From the NCBI GenBank assembly GCA_963840965.1, contig CAWJAW010000005.1:261484-325483 (forward strand): a DNA stretch of 64,000 nt, read 5' to 3'. Below, piece by piece: positions 19,295 to 28,193 of this stretch. The translations under genes and the position numbers were made by a program. Position 1 is the stretch's first letter. Each line of letters begins with the position of its first letter. The stretch comes from an uncultured Bacteroidales bacterium (GTDB lineage: Bacteria; Bacteroidota; Bacteroidia; Bacteroidales; VadinHA17). Under the pieces are notes generated by a model, which did no database searches, was not told the origin of the DNA, and saw only the letters and a list, made by a program, of their open reading frames with translations.

Positions 19295-20848
19295 TCAGTC
19301 CTTGACACACCTTACAGACATTCCGAAATTATGACCTGCATATACCCTGAAAAGTTTTTCGCTGTCATTCTGGATATGACGGTACCAGGCATTGGGTACG
19401 ATTGGTGTGGATGTCCACCAGTATCCAATGCTGCGTAACCCCTGGAAGGTACCGGCATCGGTACGCCAGCCACCAGGTAAAGCAGTAAAGTCAAACTCGT
19501 CGGTAGCTCCGGTATTAGGACTGATCCAGTGCGATGTACCAGTCTCTTTTAGTTTTCCGCCGGCAACCAGCTCTCCGTTAAGGAAATCCTTCATGGTAAG
19601 CCAGTCATTATCAGTGGAAACATGCCAGCCGGCAGGACATAAAATTCCTGAACTGACAGCGATCCAGTTGTAAAGGGCGCCGTATATATTGCCGTTGGTG
19701 CTGTTGTTCCCGTACAAGCAATATCCGCCCTGGGAGAGTGATGCCCAGTCTCCGGCTGCTTCAGTAAGTTCAATCGGAGTCCCGTCATGCAGTCTGGTTG
19801 TCATAAGGTTCTCTGCAATCCAGAGTTGTGTGCCTATCCTGACGACATTGTAGGAATTTCCATCAATGTCGGTTATTGTAACCGGGTCGGTGGTAAACTC
19901 CCTGTCTGCTCCGTATACAGTGCCAGCGTTGTTGGTGGCATATGCCCTGACATGATAGGTTGTATTAGGAGTAAGGGAACCCAGACTACTATCAAAAGGA
20001 CCTGTACCAGTACCGTCATTCGTATGACTGTTGGCGGTAGTCGGATTGGCAACCGTGCTCCAGCATATCCCCCTGGCGGTAACGGCCGATCCGCCGTCGC
20101 CTGTTACCTGACCACCGCCTGTCGCTGTTGAAGGAGATGTAGGATTTATAACAGCAGTTGTAACAGTTGGTGGCAGGGCACCTGTCTTGAACTGAACAGC
20201 CGCTCCATAACCTGTTCCCTGTTCGTTGGTGGCATAGGCTCTCACATAATATGTTGTGTTACCTGTCAATCCGGCCAAACTGCTTTCAAAACCTCCCGAA
20301 CCGGAACCGTCAGTGGTTTTTGAGTCGGTAATATCGGGCAGCGGTTTTGTGCTGCTCCAGCATACACCCCTTTCTGCGACCGGAATCCCGCCATCAGTTG
20401 TAATATCTCCGCCTGAAGAGGCCGTCGTCTGGGTGATCTTTGTCACGGCTCTTGTTGTAAGTTCAGGAGGTGCATAAAGACTGGTGGTAAATGTAACCTG
20501 GTTGCCGTAAGATGTCCCCTCGCTGTTTATTGCATATGCTCTTAAAAAATAAGTAGTTTCCGGAAGAAGGCCTGTAATATTGCTGGTAAACTTACCAGTA
20601 CCATACCCGTCAGTTGTTCTGTCATCCTCAAGATCAGGAGACTTACGGGTATCCCAGCAAACGCCCCTTACCATAATGTCAGCATTTCCATCGCTGGTAA
20701 CTTCGCCTCCTCCTATTGCTGTTGTAGGACCTATTTCGGTCAGCTGACCGGTTGTTACTTCGGGCAGCCTTAGAATAACACAGCTCTTAAAAAAGAGCGC
20801 CATAAGACTTATGGCAATGATCTTTATGAAGTCTGAACGCTTTTCCAT
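19295..20848 (-). CDS. FISUMP-domain lipoprotein (paralog C)
   Basis: Same architecture as paralog B: a signal peptide ending FKSC, three repeats, and a C-terminal module with DIDGNSYNVVRIGTQLWIAENL, YNWIA, LCPAGWHVSTDNDW, GYWWTST and SVRCVKD. Confidence 0.85.
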   Translation of the reverse strand: MEKRSDFIKIIAISLMALFFKSCVILRLPEVTTGQLTEIGPTTAIGGGEVTSDGNADIMVRGVCWDTRKSPDLEDDRTTDGYGTGKFTSNITGLLPETTYFLRAYAINSEGTSYGNQVTFTTSLYAPPELTTRAVTKITQTTASSGGDITTDGGIPVAERGVCWSSTKPLPDITDSKTTDGSGSGGFESSLAGLTGNTTYYVRAYATNEQGTGYGAAVQFKTGALPPTVTTAVINPTSPSTATGGGQVTGDGGSAVTARGICWSTVANPTTANSHTNDGTGTGPFDSSLGSLTPNTTYHVRAYATNNAGTVYGADREFTTDPVTITDIDGNSYNVVRIGTQLWIAENLMTTRLHDGTPIELTEAAGDWASLSQGGYCLYGNNSTNGNIYGALYNWIAVSSGILCPAGWHVSTDNDWLTMKDFLNGELVAGGKLKETGTSHWISPNTGATDEFDFTALPGGWRTDAGTFQGLRSIGYWWTSTPIVPNAWYRHIQNDSEKLFRVYAGHNFGMSVRCVKD

Positions 20849-21001
20849 AGTTAGTTTGTTGTAAGAAGCAGGAAGCCTTTACCGTGTCATTGATTTCAGA
20901 TGTAAAAGTACTAAAATCCGACAAATACTATGCCACTTTAGCTGGTTAGTATCTCCTCATTTAAAAACGATCTGACCAGCAATTTGTTGCATTTTGAACC
21001 A

Positions 21002-23530
21002 TCAACCGGATAACAGTGGTTTTTCCTGGCCTCCAGAACGCTTGTATGGAATGGTAAAACGGAAGTCTGTTCCGCGTCCTGATTCAGAGCTTACCCAAAT
21101 TTTTCCGCCGAGAAGCTCAACGTATGCTTTGCATATGGACAGACCCAATCCGGTTCCTCCGAATTTCCTTGAAATATCATCGTCAACCTGGAAGAACCTC
21201 TCAAAAATCTTTTCATGATGTTCCTTCGGAATACCTATACCAGTGTCTTTCACGTAGAATTCCAGATTTCCATCTTTAAGATTGTATCCAAAGTTTACCG
21301 AACCCTCCCTGGTAAATTTTGTGGCATTGTTTATCAGGTTTGAGAGTATCTGGATCAGTTTGGTATCATCGGTAACTATTTTTGACTTCTCATCAGAAAG
21401 ACCGGTCTTAAGGTTTATTTTAAGCAGATCAGACTTTTCCTTATAGCTGAATTGCTCATCGAGGCTTCGCATGGTTGCATTCAGATTCATCTCCTTCACA
21501 TTCAGCCTCACCTGTCCGCTCTCGATATTTGCAACATCAACAATATCATTTATTATCGAAAGAAGCTGACTGCCGCTATGAAAGATGATATCGATAAACT
21601 GATGACGTTCCTCTTCAGTAGTGTCGGGTTCATTAAGCAAGGTCGAAAAGCCTATTATTGCATTCATGGGAGTCCTTATCTCATGGGAAACGTTATGAAG
21701 GAAAGCGGTCTTCAACCTGTCACTCTCCTCTGCTTTCTCCTTCGCTGCTATCAGCTCCGCCTCATCCTGTTTTCTCTGAGTTATATCCTCGATCATTGCG
21801 AGGAAATACTGTACCTCGTCATTGTTATTCCTGATGATACTAATTGTGGCTGACCCCCATATAACACTTTTGTCTTTACGGATAAACCTTTTTTCGGTAT
21901 GGTAAACCGGTATCTCTTCGGCCACAAGGCGTAAAAGGGCAACATCGTCAACTGCCGTATAATCAGTATGGGTAAAGCTTCTCAACTGCGCCGATTTCAA
22001 TTCATCTTCCTTATAACCCAGCATTTTACAAAAGGAAGAATTTGCTCTTATTATGGTCATGTCCTTTCCCGTCATTGCTATACTTATCGGGCTCTCCTCA
22101 AAAATCTTCCGGAACCTCTCCTCGCTCTCCCTGAGGGTTTCTTCCGCCTGCTTTCGCTCTGTTATATCCCTGCAAATTGCCTGGAAATATTTCACGCCTT
22201 CAATTTCGACCTTTCTGGCGCTGATTTCCAATGGCATTAATGAGCCATCCTTCCTTACATGTACAGTTTCGTATGTAGCAAATCCCCTTTCCTCCAGAAT
22301 CTGGCTTTCAACTTCAAGGGCTTTCAGAGCTTCCGGTGATCTGATTTTATAAAGACTCATACCCAGAAGTTCCTCCCTGCTTCGCTGATAGGCCTCAAAT
22401 GCCCTGTCGTTGGCCTCGATAATCGTCATATTCCTGTCGGTGAGAAATATTATATCATTGGCATACTTTAAAATATAGTCGAAATGCTTCCTTAGGGCGA
22501 GCCTGTCAAGTTCTGCTTCATATTTTTCACGATAGAACCTGGCGTTTTCATTCCATTCAATGATCCCGAGAAGCATACCTATAGTCAGAATAAAAAGTAT
22601 TATGATAATGACGATCATTGTCATCTGGTCATTCAAAGCGGTGAAAACCTCACTGTGATTTACCTTAGCGACCAAAAACCATGGCGATCCCGGAACCTTT
22701 CTCATGGAGGCTATAACTGGTGCTCCCCTATAATCGATACCATCGTTGGTTGCCTTTTCACCTCTGGTAGCCATAGCTGCAGGCAGTTTTTCGGCTGAAA
22801 CAGGTTTCCGGAACTCGAGTTCCGAGTTTTTCCTGAACCTGAGCTCACTCAGATATATTACCTCATCACCCTCCTGCATTGCCAGCAGCGACTCGGTCGT
22901 TTTACCCGGAACAGGCCAGGTCTGCAAAAGGGGATAAAGTACCTCTGCAGGATCGATCCTGATCAGAAGCAAACCAAATGCCAATGAGTCATTACGCCAG
23001 GTGTTAATCAGAGGGATCACCAGGTTCATATAAACAGGAGAAATATTTTTTGCCCTGAAAAAATCAGTAAGGATGCCAGTTCGCAATTCAAGTAGATCGG
23101 GAAGAATCTCATTAAGATTTTCATCAAACAGGCTGTCATTACCAGGGAAATTGCCTCTTACCCTGCCAAGCGAATCAATGAGAAAAACATTTTTGTATTC
23201 GGGATACACGGCCACCGACTTCAGACTGGCCTCGACATCAGGATATAGTTCTGACTGATTTTTTTCATGAAGGTAATTGTAAAGAAGTCTGACAAAAGGT
23301 GTGTTACCTCCAATCAACCTTGCATCCCCAAGTCTTTCATTTCTCCATTGGGCAATCTGATTCACTTTAAGGTCGGCAATTGCCGAAAGCTCTAGACCTG
23401 TATCCCTTACAAGGCTTTTCTTATGGCTTCTGTAATAGAAGATCCCCAGCAAGATACTGCTTACTGCAACAATGGTGAAAAGGACTACTAAAAGCCACGG
23501 TGTAGCCGGCTTTTGCTTATGCAAAATCAT
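21002..23530 (-). CDS. Sensor histidine kinase (extracytoplasmic Cache-like domain, 2 PAS, HisKA, HATPase_c); no receiver domain
   Basis: Two TM helices flank a ~270-aa loop ending DYRGAPVIASMRKVPGSPWFLVAKV (Cache-like). There are two PAS S-box regions, the H-box HNVSHEIRTPMNAI, and the N/G boxes NLINNATKF and GTGLGLSI. Confidence 0.9.
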   Translation of the reverse strand: MILHKQKPATPWLLVVLFTIVAVSSILLGIFYYRSHKKSLVRDTGLELSAIADLKVNQIAQWRNERLGDARLIGGNTPFVRLLYNYLHEKNQSELYPDVEASLKSVAVYPEYKNVFLIDSLGRVRGNFPGNDSLFDENLNEILPDLLELRTGILTDFFRAKNISPVYMNLVIPLINTWRNDSLAFGLLLIRIDPAEVLYPLLQTWPVPGKTTESLLAMQEGDEVIYLSELRFRKNSELEFRKPVSAEKLPAAMATRGEKATNDGIDYRGAPVIASMRKVPGSPWFLVAKVNHSEVFTALNDQMTMIVIIIILFILTIGMLLGIIEWNENARFYREKYEAELDRLALRKHFDYILKYANDIIFLTDRNMTIIEANDRAFEAYQRSREELLGMSLYKIRSPEALKALEVESQILEERGFATYETVHVRKDGSLMPLEISARKVEIEGVKYFQAICRDITERKQAEETLRESEERFRKIFEESPISIAMTGKDMTIIRANSSFCKMLGYKEDELKSAQLRSFTHTDYTAVDDVALLRLVAEEIPVYHTEKRFIRKDKSVIWGSATISIIRNNNDEVQYFLAMIEDITQRKQDEAELIAAKEKAEESDRLKTAFLHNVSHEIRTPMNAIIGFSTLLNEPDTTEEERHQFIDIIFHSGSQLLSIINDIVDVANIESGQVRLNVKEMNLNATMRSLDEQFSYKEKSDLLKINLKTGLSDEKSKIVTDDTKLIQILSNLINNATKFTREGSVNFGYNLKDGNLEFYVKDTGIGIPKEHHEKIFERFFQVDDDISRKFGGTGLGLSICKAYVELLGGKIWVSSESGRGTDFRFTIPYKRSGGQEKPLLSG

Positions 23531-23610
23531 CAGAGCCCTCCTTTTCCTCTGAGTTTTTTCCTAAATGTCATCACATCTTAATACAAAGTTAAAGCTTTGG
23601 ATCAAAAAAA

Positions 23611-24561
23611 TCAGTGATCCTGCTTTAACATATCAGACGGTGAATCATCCTTTTTTATTATAACAGAAGCAAGAATTGATAAAAGAAGTATTGAGACGAT
23701 AATCGACAATGACAAAGTTACCGGGATTTCTAAATGGAAAAAAGCGGCCAGCATTTTCAGTCCGACGAAAGTGAGCACAAGTGCAAGACCTATCTTCAGG
23801 AACCTGAACAGCCCCATTATTCCGGAGACTGCAAAATAAAGCGACCTCAAACCAAGAATTGCGAAAATATTCGAAGTGAATACGATAAATGTATCCTTGC
23901 TGATAGCAAGGACAGCCGGGATACTGTCAACGGCAAAGATAAGATCGGTCGATTCGATAATCAGCAATACTATAAATAATGGTGTTGCATAGATTTTTTT
24001 ATCCTTCCTGATAAAAAAAGAGTCACCATGAAGATTATCGGTTACCGGCAGAAACTTCCTGAAAAGCTTTACCAGACCATTTTTTTCAGGGTCAACTTTT
24101 ACCTCATCTCTTTGAAACAGCATTTTAAGTCCTGTAAATACAAGGAAAGCTCCGAAAATGATGACTATCCAGTGGAACCGGTTTATGAGTGCAACCCCGG
24201 CAAAAATAAATATCGCCCTCATGAATACGGCTCCAAGTATTCCCCAGAACAATACCTTATGCTGATACTCCCTTTTAACGGCGAAGAATGAAAACACCAT
24301 TATAAAGACAAAAATATTATCTATGCTTAAGGAGTATTCAATGACATAAGCAGTTAAAAACTCCAGAGCCTTGGTCTTGCCGAACTGTGTGAGAACGATC
24401 AGATTGAAGATCATGGCCAGTGAAATCCACACTCCTACCCATGACAAAGCTTCCTTTACTTTAATTTCGTGCGATTTCTTATTGAACACACCCAGGTCGA
24501 GGGCCAGCATCACAACAATGATTATGCTGAAAATGACCCAGAAAATAGGACTGACTTCCAT
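23611..24561 (-). CDS. TerC/Alx family integral membrane protein
   Basis: A polytopic membrane protein with the duplicated family motifs SIDNIFVF and AVDSIPAV. Confidence 0.85.
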   Translation of the reverse strand: MEVSPIFWVIFSIIIVVMLALDLGVFNKKSHEIKVKEALSWVGVWISLAMIFNLIVLTQFGKTKALEFLTAYVIEYSLSIDNIFVFIMVFSFFAVKREYQHKVLFWGILGAVFMRAIFIFAGVALINRFHWIVIIFGAFLVFTGLKMLFQRDEVKVDPEKNGLVKLFRKFLPVTDNLHGDSFFIRKDKKIYATPLFIVLLIIESTDLIFAVDSIPAVLAISKDTFIVFTSNIFAILGLRSLYFAVSGIMGLFRFLKIGLALVLTFVGLKMLAAFFHLEIPVTLSLSIIVSILLLSILASVIIKKDDSPSDMLKQDH

Positions 24562-24716
24562 ATTGAATTATTGATGTGCAAAGCTAAAAAATAAATTACA
24601 GGTTGCTCATCCTGACCCAAACTTTGTAGGTATCTGATATCAAACTACCTGAATAATAATATCCTTTGCTTTAAAAAACTTTTATACATTTAGACCTTTA
24701 TTTCAATGCTTAAAAC

Positions 24717-26351
24717 ATGGTTCACAAAACAATCCTAAAATCAGCCGCCCTTCTGGCAATGATAATCTGCAGCAATTTTTCCTGGTCGCAAAAAGCAATG
24801 CCCGGGACCGATAAGATCACTTCAGCCGACCTTGAAACCTATGTCTCTTTCCTTGCCTCTCCTTCGATGAGCGGCAGGTCAAACGGACAAAAGGAACTGG
24901 ACATAACAGTGAATTATCTTGCTTCACAGGCCAGGCTGATGGGCTTAAAACCTGCTAACGGTAGTAGTTACTTCCAGCCATATTCCCTGATGAAGAAATC
25001 AATTGACCGCGAAAGATCGGAGATTAAAGTCTTTTCATCCGGAAAGGATTCCATAGGCTTCAGTGAGCAGATATATCAGCTTTTCCCAACCGGGGCATCC
25101 GATTTTGAGATCGAAGGAGAGGTAATATTTGCCGGCTACGGCATTAAAGCTGACAGCTACAAGTACGACGATCTTTCAGGAATAAACCCTGAAGGCAAGA
25201 TTCTTCTTGTAATGAACAGATCACCCTTGTCGGAAGATGGCTCAGAATACCTTTTTGAGGGTTCTGCATGGTCATCCATGATGGGAATCCAGCCAAAGAT
25301 GACTTACCTTATGTTCTCAAAAGCCAGGGCCGTCATTATTGTCTCCGATCCGAAATCAGGTTTTTCTTCACTTGAACAACAGTACCCTGGCATCGCCGGT
25401 GAACTTGAATCGTTGAAATATCTGAAAGGAACCAAGCCAATGATCATCGACATGCCGGCCATGCCCAGAATACTTTTCGTTCACAGAACCATTGCCGACG
25501 AATTGCTTAAGGGTACCGGACACACACTCGATAACCTTCAGAAAGAAATCGACTCGGAACTTAAGCCAAATTCCTTCCTCATAACCGGCAAAAGAGTAAG
25601 AATAACAGAAGCATCAAGAACCGATGAAATAATCCTGAATAACGTAGCTGCCTGGATCGAAGGAAGCGACCCTGTACTGAAAAAAGAAATTGTCGTATTT
25701 TCCGGACACGCGGATCATGTTGGCGAAACGGGTGGAATTATATATCCCGGAGCCGATGATAATGCATCGGGTTGCGCAGCGATTCTTGAAATCGCCCAGG
25801 CATTCCAGAGTCTGGAAAAAAAGCCCCTCCGCTCATTATTATTCCTTTGGGTCACAGGAGAGGAAATAGGACTTTTCGGCTCTCAATCGTACGTTGACAA
25901 CCCATTGTTCCCATTGGAAAACACAGTGGCTGACCTGAACATGGACATGATCGGCAGGGTCAAAGGGGTCGCCGACACTACCGGAGATACTCCTATGACC
26001 GGGAAGAACGGTTTGTTTGTAATAACAGGAAACCAGAGCAGGGAATTGGTAGATATTGCAAAAGAAGTAGATCTAAAAACACCACTGGACCTTGATTACA
26101 GCCTGAGCGGCAGGAATCACCCCCTGCAGCTTTTTTCAAGAAGCGACCACTACAATTTTGTCAAAAAGGACATTCCTGTTCTTTTCTTTTCAACGGGATT
26201 ACATACAGATTATCACAAACCTGAAGATACACCCGACAAAATAGACTATGAAAAAATGGAACTTGTGACCCGTACAATTTATGAGATCGGATACAACGTA
26301 GCCAACCGGAGAAGCCGGATTATAGTGGATAACCCCTTCAGCAAGTGGTAG
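24717..26351 (+). CDS. M28 family metallopeptidase with PA domain
   Basis: Signal peptide present. Zinc-ligand contexts are GHADHVG, GADDNASG, TGEEIGLFGS and a terminal HTDYH. Confidence 0.85.
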   Translation: MVHKTILKSAALLAMIICSNFSWSQKAMPGTDKITSADLETYVSFLASPSMSGRSNGQKELDITVNYLASQARLMGLKPANGSSYFQPYSLMKKSIDRERSEIKVFSSGKDSIGFSEQIYQLFPTGASDFEIEGEVIFAGYGIKADSYKYDDLSGINPEGKILLVMNRSPLSEDGSEYLFEGSAWSSMMGIQPKMTYLMFSKARAVIIVSDPKSGFSSLEQQYPGIAGELESLKYLKGTKPMIIDMPAMPRILFVHRTIADELLKGTGHTLDNLQKEIDSELKPNSFLITGKRVRITEASRTDEIILNNVAAWIEGSDPVLKKEIVVFSGHADHVGETGGIIYPGADDNASGCAAILEIAQAFQSLEKKPLRSLLFLWVTGEEIGLFGSQSYVDNPLFPLENTVADLNMDMIGRVKGVADTTGDTPMTGKNGLFVITGNQSRELVDIAKEVDLKTPLDLDYSLSGRNHPLQLFSRSDHYNFVKKDIPVLFFSTGLHTDYHKPEDTPDKIDYEKMELVTRTIYEIGYNVANRRSRIIVDNPFSKW

Positions 26352-26381
26352 AATAATGATCAGTAGAATGGACCAGCAGGT

Positions 26382-28181
26382 TTATCGCTTCTCTTCAAAG
26401 AATGTCTGAACGGATACTGAATATTTCCTGTCGATTTCAGGAACTCCGTCATTATCTCCGTCGTTCATTGATCTGATGTATTCCAGTAGAGCAAGCCATT
26501 CTTTGCCCTCCTGAACCCCCTGCTGCTCCTTATCCATATCAATGACGGCATTCTTCATGTCTGTCACCGGATTACCCGATTCATCCTTCGGAACCACTTT
26601 GATCAGCCCCATACTCATTTTTTTTATTATTCCGATAAACTCAAGCATATATGAATTGGCTGAAATGGAGTAAAGGGTGTTATCATCCTTTGAAAAACTC
26701 ACAGCCCTTGATTCACCATTGGCGCCAATTATTTCTATGCTGTTTATCCTTCTCAGTAATCCGCGTTCAGGATCGTGCTTAACTTTTAACCCGGAGTAAA
26801 AACAGTGATTTGAGGCAGACGATTTATGCGCTATCATCAGAATTTCCAGAATGCTCTTCAGTTCTCTTCCCGTGACATAAAGCCTTGACAGGGGATATCC
26901 CGGAACCTCATCATCACCCGATCCGAGAGACATGATCCTAAAAACGTCCGGGGCCGTCATGATTCCTGGCACCATTCTATCCCTTATTACCCCGACTGCA
27001 ACCATTCCAATATCGCAACCATCTGATGAATGGCGGTTGATATAGCTATGAATTGCATCGGCAATCATGGGCCCGAGATTACTCGACCTGAAGTCGCCCT
27101 GCTCGTTGCATTCAAGCAAAAAATCCGTTTCAGCCACCTGATCCGAGTAACTGATCCCAAGGGGAGCCAGTATCTCTTGAGTTACAAGTAACTGTTGTGC
27201 CTCTATCGCTTCAATAATATCACTTTCTCCTGCAATCCTGTCATCAACCGGTATGAGCCTGTAATCATTCACACTTAACTTACCGTTTTTCCAAACAAGC
27301 TCAAGTCTTCCGACGTTTTGACCATATTCACCGGTTTGAATCACGGGAACTCCTTTAACAATTACAGGCTCTGTAAGCACGGAATGACTGTGCCCGCTGA
27401 TTATCACATCAATCCCCCTTACCTTATTTGCAAGCCTCACATCTTCCCCGGTCCACCTTCCCTTCTTATCCCTTGATACCCCTGAATGAGAAACACATAT
27501 AATAAGGTCGCACCCTTGGTTTTCGAGTTCCCTGACCATCCTCCTTGCAAAAGTAGTCTGCTTTTCAAAGGTTACCGGAAAGGCCAGAGGGGCCACCTCA
27601 ACTGCATCCTTTCCAAGAAGCGAGAAGAAACCGATCTTAAGTCCATCCCTGGTCAGTACGAGTTTTCTGAGAATGGCTTCCGAATCATACAGGTTCTTAA
27701 GCTCATCATCCCCATTATCTTCAGCACTAAGTACTGCATTGCTCAAAAGAAGCGGAGGGATATCTCCTCTGCTTAATGATGCGTTAATAATTCCTGCAGT
27801 CTTTACGGGACCAAAATCAAATTCATGGTTGCCAAGGCATAATACATCATACCCCATTTGTTTCATCAGCCTTAACTGAAAGCCGGTTTTTAATTCCATT
27901 GAATGAAATAATGTTCCCATCAGGAAGTCTCCTGCATCAACAGTGAGAGTAGTTCCTGAATTACTTTCTCTCTCACTTCTTAGAATGGCTGCAATTCTTG
28001 CAAATCCTCCCCTTGTTTCATCATCGCCGGTTACCGAAGGCGTATATTCAGCCTCCGGGGTGAAACCATTCAGACGGGAATGAAGGTCGTTGGTATGTAG
28101 TATCACAATCTTCTTTTCTGCCTGGCCAGGTAAGGAGCCGGCAAAAGAAACAAACAGCAGGTAAAGTAATAATCTTATCAT
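26382..28181 (-). CDS. Bifunctional metallophosphatase / 5'-nucleotidase (UshA-like)
   Basis: Signal peptide present. Calcineurin-like motifs are HTNDLHS, DAGD, GNHEFD and GHSH, plus a 5'-nucleotidase C-terminal region. Confidence 0.85.
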   Translation of the reverse strand: MIRLLLYLLFVSFAGSLPGQAEKKIVILHTNDLHSRLNGFTPEAEYTPSVTGDDETRGGFARIAAILRSERESNSGTTLTVDAGDFLMGTLFHSMELKTGFQLRLMKQMGYDVLCLGNHEFDFGPVKTAGIINASLSRGDIPPLLLSNAVLSAEDNGDDELKNLYDSEAILRKLVLTRDGLKIGFFSLLGKDAVEVAPLAFPVTFEKQTTFARRMVRELENQGCDLIICVSHSGVSRDKKGRWTGEDVRLANKVRGIDVIISGHSHSVLTEPVIVKGVPVIQTGEYGQNVGRLELVWKNGKLSVNDYRLIPVDDRIAGESDIIEAIEAQQLLVTQEILAPLGISYSDQVAETDFLLECNEQGDFRSSNLGPMIADAIHSYINRHSSDGCDIGMVAVGVIRDRMVPGIMTAPDVFRIMSLGSGDDEVPGYPLSRLYVTGRELKSILEILMIAHKSSASNHCFYSGLKVKHDPERGLLRRINSIEIIGANGESRAVSFSKDDNTLYSISANSYMLEFIGIIKKMSMGLIKVVPKDESGNPVTDMKNAVIDMDKEQQGVQEGKEWLALLEYIRSMNDGDNDGVPEIDRKYSVSVQTFFEEKR

Positions 28182-28193
28182 TATCAGTCTATT

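Noticed and set aside
16517-20477. A series of plus-strand ORFs (61-205 aa) antisense to the FISUMP lipoprotein genes, with their own repeating PQQ(T/I)PL(A/S)V...PP pattern
   Set aside because: The pattern is simply the reverse-complement reading of the nine sense-strand repeats. The sense strand is poor in TTA/CTA/TCA codons, so the antisense frame stays open. The sense strand carries signal peptides, lipoboxes and conserved domains.
15795-20848. Diversity-generating retroelement targeting the lectin-like C-termini of the FISUMP paralogs
   Set aside because: There is no reverse transcriptase in the window. The 3' ends of the three genes show no near-identical template/variable repeat pair with adenine-specific differences. 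The C-terminal residues also lack the Asn/AAC-rich variable pattern.
14465-23530. An integrative element inserted at tRNA-Val
   Set aside because: No integrase, excisionase, transfer or phage genes are present. I did not see a direct repeat of the tRNA 3' end. The accessory character remains only an impression from gene content.
24562-24716. A possible yybP-ykoY (manganese) riboswitch upstream of the TerC-family gene
   Set aside because: Reading the 155-nt leader on the minus strand, I find none of the conserved cores (GGGGAGUAG, UUGACAUA, AGCAAGACC). The region looks like an ordinary AT-rich divergent promoter spacer.
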